This document shows, one piece after another, positions 7,960 through 16,700 of a DNA stretch of 24,567 nt. The stretch spans positions 1 to 24,567 of the forward strand of contig JBBRXO010000032.1 in NCBI GenBank assembly GCA_038248345.1, given 5' to 3'. The notes under the pieces are model-generated. The model was not told where the DNA came from, ran no database searches, and saw nothing but the letters and a program-made list of their open reading frames with translations. Within the stretch, counting starts at the first letter, position 1, and each line of letters opens with the position of its first letter. The DNA is from Armatimonadota bacterium. Its GTDB lineage: Bacteria; Armatimonadota; Hebobacteria; CAIYQO01. Position numbers and translations under genes: made by a program.

Positions 7960-9492
7960 TTACTCGCCGGTTGGGGTGATGTTACATAACTGGTTGTCGA
8001 TATCCATGTAGTAGTTATTGCCTTCGGCGATGGCTCGAAGTTGCGTCAGCGGGTCGGCTTTAGCGACGCCGATTACCTTTATTTTTGGGAAAGCGGCGGG
8101 GCAGAGGATATACAGGCCGCTCTCCTGCGCCAGCTGGGCGAGATTGGCGCTCAGCGGTTTGTCGTTCTGGAAGAAGCCCGGCTCATTTGACACGTCCGGC
8201 GCGCTATTGCTGAAGCTGGCGCGTTGCAGATAGTCGGGGGCGAAGAGAGTAAAGGTGTACGTCCGATCACGCTGAAATTGTACAGTAACTATAGTAGGGC
8301 TCAAACTATCGGCGATATTCAGGCTCACGGTCTGGGGATCGCTGTCCTGCAACATCACATTCACTGGTTTCGCTGTGTCATTCACCACTACTGCGGATAC
8401 CGAATCAACCTCGTCACCATCCAACTCCAGCATCACATTGCTGCCATCCGTAGGAGTAATAGCGCGGGCAGTCAACAGTGGTGGTACTACATTCACGACA
8501 ATGCAGCTTAGACTTGCTATATCGCATTGCGAAGAAAATTGTGCATCATCTAACCTCATGGCGAAGGGGCTAATTTTATTGACGGCACCGGTAGATTCTC
8601 CCGTACCAAGCGGCATGGCGGCCATCGCTGGTTCAATTTTCATCGTCTGCGGTAATCCACTCGGCCCACTTACCCCTGCCATCCCACCCGCCATATCATA
8701 GGTATTTGCCTGGTTATTACTATACCCGCTGGTGTTGAAGCTTATATTGGGATAATCATTGTAGCCAGCTTCATTTTTATTATAAGCACCGCAAAGGGGC
8801 ATGGCTATACTGGGCATTGCTCTCATTTTATTTTTTGTCGCCTCTGGTAGATCATCCTTGCTTGCCATGTTGCTCCTGCTAATGCCTTTGTCGGCTGTGA
8901 TCAGTTGCGCTGGCGGTGGAGTACTTTCCTCCTGCTTATCTATAGAAGGCACCGCAGCGATCTGAATTTTCGGCGCTGGTGACAACGCGGGTGCTGCTAC
9001 CGGAGCAGGTTGCGCTGCTACCGTGGCGGCAGTGGCCGTGGTGGTGGTAGGCAGCGGAATAGGTACACTGGCGGTAACGGTAGTAGTGGCCAGCTGTGGC
9101 GCACTGGCAGTGGCGGTGACAGTAGTAGGCGGCTTGGCGACGTTTGCCGTCGTCATATTCGGCACCGTCTGGTTTTCGCGCAACAGCAACAGCATAAAGA
9201 CGGCCGCCGCCGCTAGCGTGCTGGTGAAGGTAGCGACCCGCCAATTCAGAACGAACCGACGCGGGGACGGCTGCTGCAAGCGGATGCGCTCGCGGACGGT
9301 CACTTTGAAGTCAGCGGGCAAGGGCAAAACTGGCAGGGCGCGCAAGTCAGCGCGGAGCTGGCGCAGTTCGGCCAACTCGGCAGTGCAACGTGCGCAGGAA
9401 TGTAAATGTTCCTCCGCCCGCTCCCGCATAGCCGCGTTCAGCGTCCCTTCCAGATATTCCGTATATAACTCGTCCACGTGCCCCGGATTCAT
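7960..9492 (-). CDS. Putative zinc-binding (zf-HC2/ZAS) membrane anti-sigma factor with large extracytoplasmic region
   Basis: EYLEGTL...EEHLHSCARC (HxxxCxxC), one TM helix, Thr/Ala/Pro-rich linker, beta-rich C-terminus. ATG 9492 follows a GGGAG SD; GTG 9507 is an alternative start. Confidence 0.8.
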   Translation of the reverse strand: MNPGHVDELYTEYLEGTLNAAMRERAEEHLHSCARCTAELAELRQLRADLRALPVLPLPADFKVTVRERIRLQQPSPRRFVLNWRVATFTSTLAAAAVFMLLLLRENQTVPNMTTANVAKPPTTVTATASAPQLATTTVTASVPIPLPTTTTATAATVAAQPAPVAAPALSPAPKIQIAAVPSIDKQEESTPPPAQLITADKGISRSNMASKDDLPEATKNKMRAMPSIAMPLCGAYNKNEAGYNDYPNISFNTSGYSNNQANTYDMAGGMAGVSGPSGLPQTMKIEPAMAAMPLGTGESTGAVNKISPFAMRLDDAQFSSQCDIASLSCIVVNVVPPLLTARAITPTDGSNVMLELDGDEVDSVSAVVVNDTAKPVNVMLQDSDPQTVSLNIADSLSPTIVTVQFQRDRTYTFTLFAPDYLQRASFSNSAPDVSNEPGFFQNDKPLSANLAQLAQESGLYILCPAAFPKIKVIGVAKADPLTQLRAIAEGNNYYMDIDNQLCNITPTGE

Positions 9493-9514
9493 CTCATTCT
9501 CCCTCACTATATGC

Positions 9515-9543
9515 TTTGACCCCTCTCACCCCTCAATTGTTCC
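9515..9543 (-). promoter_or_regulatory. ECF sigma-type promoter
   Basis: Minus strand GGAACAA-N16-GTCAAA, matching RpoE-type GGAAC../GTCAAA spacing, just upstream of the anti-sigma gene. Confidence 0.6.
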
Positions 9544-9602
9544 CTATTTGCCGAAAAAGATTCATAATCGGTATTAGCCCCGGTTCGGTCGGCATCAATA
9601 AC

Positions 9603-9629
9603 CCCTGGGAACGCACGCTTCCAGCGTGC
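9603..9629. repeat. REP-like palindrome
   Basis: CCCTGGGAACGCA is identical to 12812-12824 and runs into the hairpin GCACGCT-TCC-AGCGTGC. Confidence 0.65.
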
Positions 9630-9743
9630 TCCGTATCTCCCGTTGATTCCGCTCTTTTTCACAGCGGTTATCAGGACATAGCCAGGCTGGTTATTAAAAT
9701 TCCTGTTGCTATTATTGCAACAGCGCGCCACGGCGGGCGCGGG

Positions 9744-10550
9744 CTATAACCCCCTGAAAGAATTCCTGCGGGTATGAAGGAACTCCCGGCAATCCTCATC
9801 GTGTCCCAGTAAGGCTTCGGAGGTGGAGAGTAGCGCTAGCAGTTGGTCGTCGAGTGGATTAAGGATCAGGGCGTCGAGGCCGTGGCCCAGCGCTAATACC
9901 GCCATTGCCTGATTGAGCAAACGCCGGGCAGGCATCCCATAGCTGACATTGCTGAGACCCGCGACCAGGTGGATGGCGGGGAATTCGCTGCGGAGCACGC
10001 GCACAATTTCCAAAAAAGTGGTGATGACGCCCTCACCGATCCCGACGGGGAAGAGCAGTGGATCAAGGTAAATATCGTCCGCTGGTATGCCGTCAGCCAG
10101 CAAGCGGCGCACCAGCGTGCGTGCCACCGGCAGCCGTTGCCCAGCATCGGCGTGGATACCGGTATCATCCAGCGCCAAGGCGATCACCCGGGTGTGGTAT
10201 TGCTGCACCAGCGGCAACACCGCCGCATAGCGCGTGGCCTCGCCGCTGATGCTGTTCACCATGGCAGGCCGCCCTGTCCTCGCGTTTAGCCGCAACGCCG
10301 CGCCCAGCGCCGCCGGGTTGGGGCTGTCAAAGCAAATGGAGGCCGTGGTAGTATCACTCACCACCCCGGCCAGCCACACCAGCGCCGCGGCATCATCAGG
10401 GACAAAGGTACCTGCATTGATATCGATATACGTCGCGCCCGCCTCCGCTTGCGCGTACGCCAACACGGCGATGAAGGCGGCATCCCGCTCCCGCACCGCT
10501 GTCGCCACCGCTTCCCGGCTGGTATTTATCAACTCGCCGATGATCAGCAT
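9744..10550 (-). CDS. Pterin-binding methyltransferase (AcsE/MeTr-like methyl-THF:corrinoid methyltransferase, DHPS fold)
   Basis: IIGELIN, YIDINAG, FDSPN, VNSISGE, IYLDPL and GLSNVSYGMP motifs. Confidence 0.87.
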   Translation of the reverse strand: MLIIGELINTSREAVATAVRERDAAFIAVLAYAQAEAGATYIDINAGTFVPDDAAALVWLAGVVSDTTTASICFDSPNPAALGAALRLNARTGRPAMVNSISGEATRYAAVLPLVQQYHTRVIALALDDTGIHADAGQRLPVARTLVRRLLADGIPADDIYLDPLLFPVGIGEGVITTFLEIVRVLRSEFPAIHLVAGLSNVSYGMPARRLLNQAMAVLALGHGLDALILNPLDDQLLALLSTSEALLGHDEDCREFLHTRRNSFRGL

Positions 10551-10573
10551 TTCGCGCCTCGTATCGTTTTATG

Positions 10574-11671
10574 TTACCCCGCGCTCAGCACCCGCTCCGC
10601 CACCGCTATGCCGATTTCGGTAGTGGTGCTGGTCTTCTCGCCGGGGGCGGCGATGTCACCGGTGACGTAGCCGTCGGTGAGGGCCAGCTCTACCGCCGTC
10701 TCGATGGCGCAGGCTTCGGCCTCCAGGTGGAAGGAGTAGCGTAGCATCAATGCTACGCTGAGGATGGTGGCCAGCGGATTGGCTATACCCTTGCCGGCGA
10801 TATCCGGGGCGCTGCCGTGGATCGGCTCATATAATCCCATACGCGTGGCGCCGCCTTCCACACCCAGCGAGGCGCTGGGGAGCAGGCCCATGGAGCCGGC
10901 GAGCATGGAGGCTTCGTCGGTGAGGATATCGCCGAACATATTCTCCGTCATCACCACGTCAAAGTCCGACGGGCGACGCAGCAGGTGCATGGCGCAGGCG
11001 TCCACCAGGATATGCTCCAGCTTGATGTCGGGGAATTCGTCGGCGATGATGCGGTTGGCCACACTGCGCCACAGGCGCGAGGTCTCCAGGATGTTGGCCT
11101 TGTCCACTGACATCAACTTCTTTTTGCGCCCACGCGCCAGATTTGCCGCAGTGCGTACCAGGCGCTCGATCTCGCTGGCGGAGTAGGAGAGCGTGTCGTA
11201 GGCGTGCTCCTGCCCATCGGCGTCGGTGCTGCGTTTTTTCTTCCCGAAGTAAATACCGCCGGTCAGCTCGCGCACGAAGATCATGTCGACGCCCTCCAGC
11301 CGCTCCGGGCGCAGCGGGGAGCTGGCCAGCAGGCGCGGATGCACGGTGACGGGCCGCAGATTGGCGAACAGGTCCAGCTCCTTGCGGATGGCCAGCAGCC
11401 CCTGCTCCGGGCGCACTTTTGCGTTGGGGTTGTCCCACTTGGGGCCACCCACCGCTCCCAGCAGCACGGCGTCAGATGCCCGGCATAATGCCAGCGTCTC
11501 CGCGGATAATGCGGTGCCGGTGGCATCAATAGCGCACCCGCCGATGAGCGCCTCGGTAGTCTCAAACTCATGTCCGAACCGCTGCCCAATCGCCTGCAAC
11601 ACGCGCAAGCCCTCGGCCACTACTTCCGGCCCGATACCATCTCCCGGTAAAACTGTAATCTTCGCTTTCAC
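10574..11671 (-). CDS. leuB: 3-isopropylmalate dehydrogenase
   Basis: [71 protein letters not shown] 11671 after a GGGAG SD is the likely start. Confidence 0.96.
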   Translation of the reverse strand: MKAKITVLPGDGIGPEVVAEGLRVLQAIGQRFGHEFETTEALIGGCAIDATGTALSAETLALCRASDAVLLGAVGGPKWDNPNAKVRPEQGLLAIRKELDLFANLRPVTVHPRLLASSPLRPERLEGVDMIFVRELTGGIYFGKKKRSTDADGQEHAYDTLSYSASEIERLVRTAANLARGRKKKLMSVDKANILETSRLWRSVANRIIADEFPDIKLEHILVDACAMHLLRRPSDFDVVMTENMFGDILTDEASMLAGSMGLLPSASLGVEGGATRMGLYEPIHGSAPDIAGKGIANPLATILSVALMLRYSFHLEAEACAIETAVELALTDGYVTGDIAAPGEKTSTTTEIGIAVAERVLSAG

Positions 11672-11837
11672 TTCACTTCTCCCATGATATATTTTCGTTG
11701 AGGCAAGCCAAACACTGCCCGATACACTCTGCGATAAAGGACGTACAACCCGCAACTATAATATTACTTTTCGGCAGAAGAGGTGTGAACTCCTTTCTAG
11801 CGTGGTTGTTGGGTGGTGGGCGAAGTAAGCTGGTGTT

Positions 11838-11869
11838 ATTCTCGCTGGAATTATAATACCAGCGAGAAT
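11838..11869. repeat. 32-bp near-perfect palindrome (REP-like or operator)
   Basis: ATTCTCGCTGG-AATTATAATA-CCAGCGAGAAT; resembles CGCTGGGATTGAAATCCCGGC at 12897-12917. Confidence 0.7.
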
Positions 11870-11896
11870 GAGGCTTTACAATTATTTCTTAGGCTA

Positions 11897-11925
11897 TAGA
11901 CAACACGCCCACATAGTATTATACT
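11897..11925 (+). promoter_or_regulatory. Sigma70-type promoter for the Fe-S protein gene
   Basis: TAGACA-N17-TATACT; palindrome TAGTAT-T-ATACTA (11914-11926) overlaps the -10. Confidence 0.6.
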
Positions 11926-11976
11926 ACTCCTGTAATTACCACTAACACTGTCGTGTTTATTAATAAGGAGGCTGTG

Positions 11977-12723
11977 ATGGCTACTCGAAAGATCGTGAAT
12001 ATTGATGCCAGTTTGTGCAATGGCTGTGGATTGTGTATAAGTTCCTGCGCCGAGGGGGCGATTCAGCTGGTGGATGGGGTGGCGAAGCTGGTGAAGGATG
12101 ACTATTGCGACGGGCTGGGCGCGTGCCTGGGCGAGTGCCCGCAGGGGGCGATAACCGTCATCGAGCGCGAGGCGGCGGAGTTTGACGAAGCGGCCACCGA
12201 GAAGCATCTGGAGAATATCGGGCGCAAACCCGCGCCGGGCGCCGCCCCCGCCCACCACGCCGGGTGCCCGGGGATGGCGATGCGGCAGTTTGACGCCCCG
12301 GCGACGACCAAACCGATGGGTGACGCACCATCGGCACTGCGGCAGTGGCCGGTGCAGCTGCACCTGGTCTCCCCCACCGCGCCGTACTTCCGCGATGCCG
12401 ACCTGCTGCTGGCAGCGGACTGCGCCGCCTTCGCCCACGGGGGCTTCCACGGCCAGTTCCTCGCCGACCACGCACTGGCGATAGCCTGCCCGAAGCTGGA
12501 CGACACCGGCGAATACGCCGAGAAACTCGCGACCATGATCACCGCCGGCGGGGTGAAATCCATCACCGTGGTGATGATGCAGGTGCCCTGTTGCCGTGGC
12601 CTCATGAGTCTGGCAGAACAAGCCTTCGCCCGCGCCGGCAAGCGCGTACCGCTGCGCCAGGTGATTATCGGCATCGAGGGAGAGGTGTTATCGGATAGTG
12701 GGATGGAGAATGGACGAGGATAA
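11977..12723 (+). CDS. 4Fe-4S ferredoxin-domain protein with Cys-rich C-terminal domain
   Basis: CNGCGLCISSC and CDGLGACLGECP cluster motifs, then GCPG, LRQWPVQL, AADC, ACPKLD, MQVPCC; AAGGAGG SD before ATG 11977. Confidence 0.88.
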   Translation: MATRKIVNIDASLCNGCGLCISSCAEGAIQLVDGVAKLVKDDYCDGLGACLGECPQGAITVIEREAAEFDEAATEKHLENIGRKPAPGAAPAHHAGCPGMAMRQFDAPATTKPMGDAPSALRQWPVQLHLVSPTAPYFRDADLLLAADCAAFAHGGFHGQFLADHALAIACPKLDDTGEYAEKLATMITAGGVKSITVVMMQVPCCRGLMSLAEQAFARAGKRVPLRQVIIGIEGEVLSDSGMENGRG

Positions 12724-13150
12724 CCACAGAGGGCACAGAGGGCACAGAGAGAGGGAAAATATTAGCACAGCGGGCACGGTGGGCACAGAGAAAGTAGAGA
12801 AATGTGGATATCCCTGGGAACGCAGGCGTCTCGCCTGCTCTTAGCATGGGCGTCTCGACCATGAGAACGGGGTTTCAATTCAGAGCCTCATATTTCCGCT
12901 GGGATTGAAATCCCGGCTGCAGGGCGCTACGCGCCGGTCGTCCGCCTTCGCGGACTTTTCGGAATCGAATGGTAGCGCCCTTTAGGGTGCTTGCAGTTGT
13001 TAGCCACCTCCTTTAGGGGTGGTGTGGGGAATCCTACCTGCTCCGTGTTCTCTGTGCCCTCTGTGTTAATATATTTTCTCTCTTCGTGCCTTCGTGGTTA
13101 TTCTTGTTCCATGCTATGGGGCAGGCGGGACGCCTGCGTGCCCAGGGATA
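12721..13150. repeat. Mosaic of several REP/MITE-like palindromic repeat families
   Basis: 9-nt-period (CACAGAGGG)n units at 12721-12790 with inverted counterparts at 13041-13100; 30-bp inverted pair 12809-12838/13121-13150 (2 mismatches); internal hairpins; a unit at 12973-13023 repeated at 17206-17257. Confidence 0.88.
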
Positions 13151-13605
13151 CGCGCCTCTACCGCCTCCAGCCACACCCTACCCTTTTCCCCACGCGGGGT
13201 GATGGTTAGTTTGCGCTCGTCGCTTTCACCGCGGTATTCCAGCAGGATTTCTACGCCATCGGGGAAGTAGCCGGGGGGGAGGCGCTCGCCCCATTCGATG
13301 ACGGTGACGCCGTCGCCCTCCAGGTAGTCCTCCACGCCCAGCTCCTCGGCGGCGGAGCCCTCCAGGCGATAGAGGTCGATGTGGTAGACCGGCAGGCGTC
13401 CGCCGGTGTACTCGTGGATGAGCGCGAAGCTGGGCGAGGAGACGGGGTCGGCACAGCGCAGCCCGGCGGCCACGCCGTTGGTCAGCTCGGTCTTGCCCGC
13501 TCCCAGGTCGCCGCGCAGCCAGAGCACCGCCCCTGCCGTCGCACACTCCGCTAACATTTGCCCCACCGCACGCGTTTGTGCGGCATCAGTCGTTATCAGT
13601 TCCAT
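13114..13605 (-). CDS. tsaE: tRNA threonylcarbamoyladenosine biosynthesis ATPase TsaE
   Basis: LRGDLGAGKT, VSSPSFALIHEY, YHIDLYRL and IEW motifs. Confidence 0.95.
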   Translation of the reverse strand: MELITTDAAQTRAVGQMLAECATAGAVLWLRGDLGAGKTELTNGVAAGLRCADPVSSPSFALIHEYTGGRLPVYHIDLYRLEGSAAEELGVEDYLEGDGVTVIEWGERLPPGYFPDGVEILLEYRGESDERKLTITPRGEKGRVWLEAVEARIPGHAGVPPAP

Positions 13606-13720
13606 GGTTGATAAATTCGGTAATAGCCGGATTATCTCCTGCTAGCTCGACAATTATCCTCCGGGAGGAGCGTTGGGAGGGGAATAGTGGGCCGATGATA
13701 AGGAAAAGTGCCCCACCATA

Positions 13721-13749
13721 TAGACCCGAACGCCGATACCCGTTATCAT
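13721..13749 (+). promoter_or_regulatory. Sigma70-type promoter with leaderless geometry for the MraY fusion
   Basis: TAGACC-N17-TATCAT, ending 7 nt before ATG 13757; no properly spaced SD. Confidence 0.5.
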
Positions 13750-13756
13750 AGTCAGG

Positions 13757-16700
13757 ATGGGTGAGATTATCGGTTATTTGCTGGTGACAGTCATTACCTT
13801 CGTGCTGGGGATCGTGGGCACGCGGGGGGTGATGCGCGCGTTCTCGGAGTTCCGCTCGCGCGAGGTAAAGGCGGGCAAGGAGCAGGTTTACCGGCATTAT
13901 CCGCGGCAGAAGAAGCCGCTGGGTGGCGGCATCGCCATCTTCGCCGCCCTGACAGCCGGTGTGCTCATCACCTGGGTGCTCGATAAATTCAGATTCTTCG
14001 GTTCGGATCTCGACGGGTACTGGGGGAGCATCTGGCTTTTCCTTTTTTGCGGGTTGGCATACGGGCTTATTGGGCTGTATGATGACTGGCGCAAAGTAAA
14101 CGCCGCCCGCGGGTTGGATGAGCGGGCCAAGATTATCTTGCAATTGATCCTCGCCTTCTTTTTCACCGCTGCTATCGTTAATCTGCGCCACACTGATCCA
14201 CAACAGGCCATCAGTGTGTTTATCCCCTTTGGTGGCTGGGTCACCTTCTATAAATTTCTCTTTTTGCCCTTCGGTATGTTTGTGCTGGTGGGGATGTCCA
14301 ATGCGGTGAACCTCACCGACGGTCTTGATGGCCTGGCGGGAAGCAGTCTGGCGCTCTCATTTATTGGCTACCTGCTGCTGGCGGCGGTGATAAAATCGGA
14401 TGGTATCCCGGTGGTTCTTCCGCTGCTGGCATTGGCGGGGGTGAGTGGATTCCTCATCTATAACCGTCCACCGGCGCAGATTATCATGGGTGATACGGGG
14501 GCATTGGGGTTGGGGGCGGCGCTGGGAGCGCTCGCCTTGCTTTCCCGTACTGAGTGGCTACTCATCCTTTTCGCCGCGCCTTTTGTCATCGACACTGTTT
14601 CCGTGATGATTCAGGTGGGGGTGATCAAATTCTTCCGCGGCCCGGTGAAATTATTGCGGCACCAGACCACCGAAATCTTCCGCCCCTTCCTCTGTACCCC
14701 ATTGCACCATCACTTCCAGTGGCTTAATTGGACGCCGTGGTCTATCCTCGGGCTATTTTGCGGGGTCAGCTTCTTCAGCATTGCACTGGGGATATTCGCT
14801 GCCCCCGCTGCACTGCCGGGTGGTGCGGTGGGTTACGGCTGGCTCTGGTTCCTGGGGATATTTCTGCAGTGCAGCTTCCTGTTGCTGGCGGCATTGCAGA
14901 AGATCATCCGAGCTAACTACTTCCTCGGGCTAGAGCCGCCACCGGACGGGGGCGAGCGGGTGCTGTCGCTTTACAAAGGCTTGCCGATCATCTTCTTCGG
15001 GGCGCGTGGCTATAGCGTGGAAGAGCGCACGGTAATCAGTGAGGGGATGGTGAATACTATCGCGGCCGAGAGCATCCTCTGGCGTAATGTGAGTGAGATC
15101 GAGGCGCGTGCCACCCTGGGGAAGATCTACGCCGAATATAAGATGACGGACGCTGCGGCAACGGAGTGGGAGCAGATACCAGTGCGTAACCTGCTCATCC
15201 GGGAGAACGTGGTAGTGCAACTGGGCAAGATCTACTTCACCCGCGATGAGTTGTTGCGCGCCATCATACTGTGGGAGCAACTGCCACCCGTGCATCTGGC
15301 GCATCTGGCCGGACTCACGGATACAATCCGCGGAGCGAAGGTGCGCATCGGGCACCTGGCGGGCCGCCTGCACCAGCAGGCGCAAGAGCATATTCGACAA
15401 TTGAACCGCCGCGCGCGCGAGCATGGGTTGCCCGTATCCTCGGCTGAGATTACCATGCTGCAGCATGAAGTCGAAGGGGCGCTCCGCTACAACCAGGAGC
15501 TGCGCGACCTGCTGACATATGAGCATAACAAGACCGAGGGAAGCGCAGAACCGCAGACACTGGCGATAGTGCAGGCGACGGATTTGTACCGCCGCATGGA
15601 TGTCACGTTAAGCACCCGTATTGACGAACTGCGGCAGGCGTTGCTCTGGGCGAACACGGTTGTTACCCCGCAAGAGGTGGAACAGATATCGCCGGAGCTG
15701 GCGGCATTAGCCGATGATCTGCAGATGAAACCGCTGGAAATAAGCCGTGCGCTGGAGGCTACCGGCATGTTGCGCATCAAGGAATATGCCCGTATCGAGA
15801 AGCCGTCGCGCAATTCGCTCTTCCGCATCACGCTGGAGCGCAAAGTCGGTCGCTTGCCTTCGTCCATCATCGCCAAGTGTTTTTTGGATAGCAAAGTCAC
15901 TTTTTTCAGTGCCTGCTATCGGCGCGAATTCGGCGTGCTTACACTGCTGCAGGAGGCGTTAGCCCCCTCGCCACACCTGCTGGGTGGGTATCTGGGTAAT
16001 GATCATGCCGTGCTCTTTCTGGAGGATGTCGCCGGGCAGGATTTGAACACTCTGCTGCGCACGCTGAAGGATAACCGGCTGGCACGACAGGAGTGTCTGC
16101 GCCGGGCGTTGGAATCGCTGGTACAGCTTCGGGTAAACACTTTCCCATTCCAGGCGCGGCTGGAGCGCGAAATAAGCCGGATCGTCAAAGAGGTGCTCAC
16201 GCCGGAATATTACCTCAACAGCACCGTCATCGCCTTCAATCGCATCCTGGCGTTGGAGAAGCGCACCCTTACCGGGGCGGAAAAAACACAGTTGGAGACA
16301 GCGCTGCAGCCGGTAATCAAAGTGCTGCAGGCGGAGCCGAAAATATTCATCCACTTTGAATACACCCCCGGCAACCTGCAGTACATAGGCCAGCGCACGG
16401 TGGCCATCGACTTCGAGCAGGCGACCATGGGGCCGGCGGCCTTCGACCTCGCCAGCCTGCTGTATGCACCGGAATCCAACATGAGCGAGAAGCAGATCAA
16501 CGAGTTACTCGTCAGTTACCACGAGATGCTCCCCGCCAACCTGCCCGATGGTTTTAATGTTAGTGAGGCGACACTGGAAGCGGCGGCCCTGATCAAACTC
16601 TTCTTCTACGCCGGTTCTGCTGCTAACTTCTACCGCAAATTCGAAGACGGCGCCCGGCTGGAAGCGATGGAGTGGTATCTGCAAACCGCCGAAAAGATCC

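Noticed and set aside
8960..9150. Tandem-looking GGTAG/GGCAGTGGC repeats
   Set aside because: They encode the Thr/Ala/Pro-rich linker of the anti-sigma protein; not an independent DNA repeat.
9507..9731. 74-aa ORF as a sigma factor or other real gene
   Set aside because: No sigma region 2 or 4 motifs and it crosses a REP-like palindrome; at most a remnant.
11672..11755. N-terminal extension of leuB in the ORF track
   Set aside because: LeuB similarity begins at [12 protein letters not shown], and an SD precedes GTG 11671.
12871..12910. CRISPR repeat (GTTTCAAT...ATTGAAAT)
   Set aside because: Single occurrence, no repeat-spacer periodicity and no cas genes; better explained as part of the palindromic repeat mosaic.
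12665..13209. Short ORFs 12665-12862 and 12991-13209
   Set aside because: Translations of the 9-nt-period repeats (SVPSVPSV) and palindromes.
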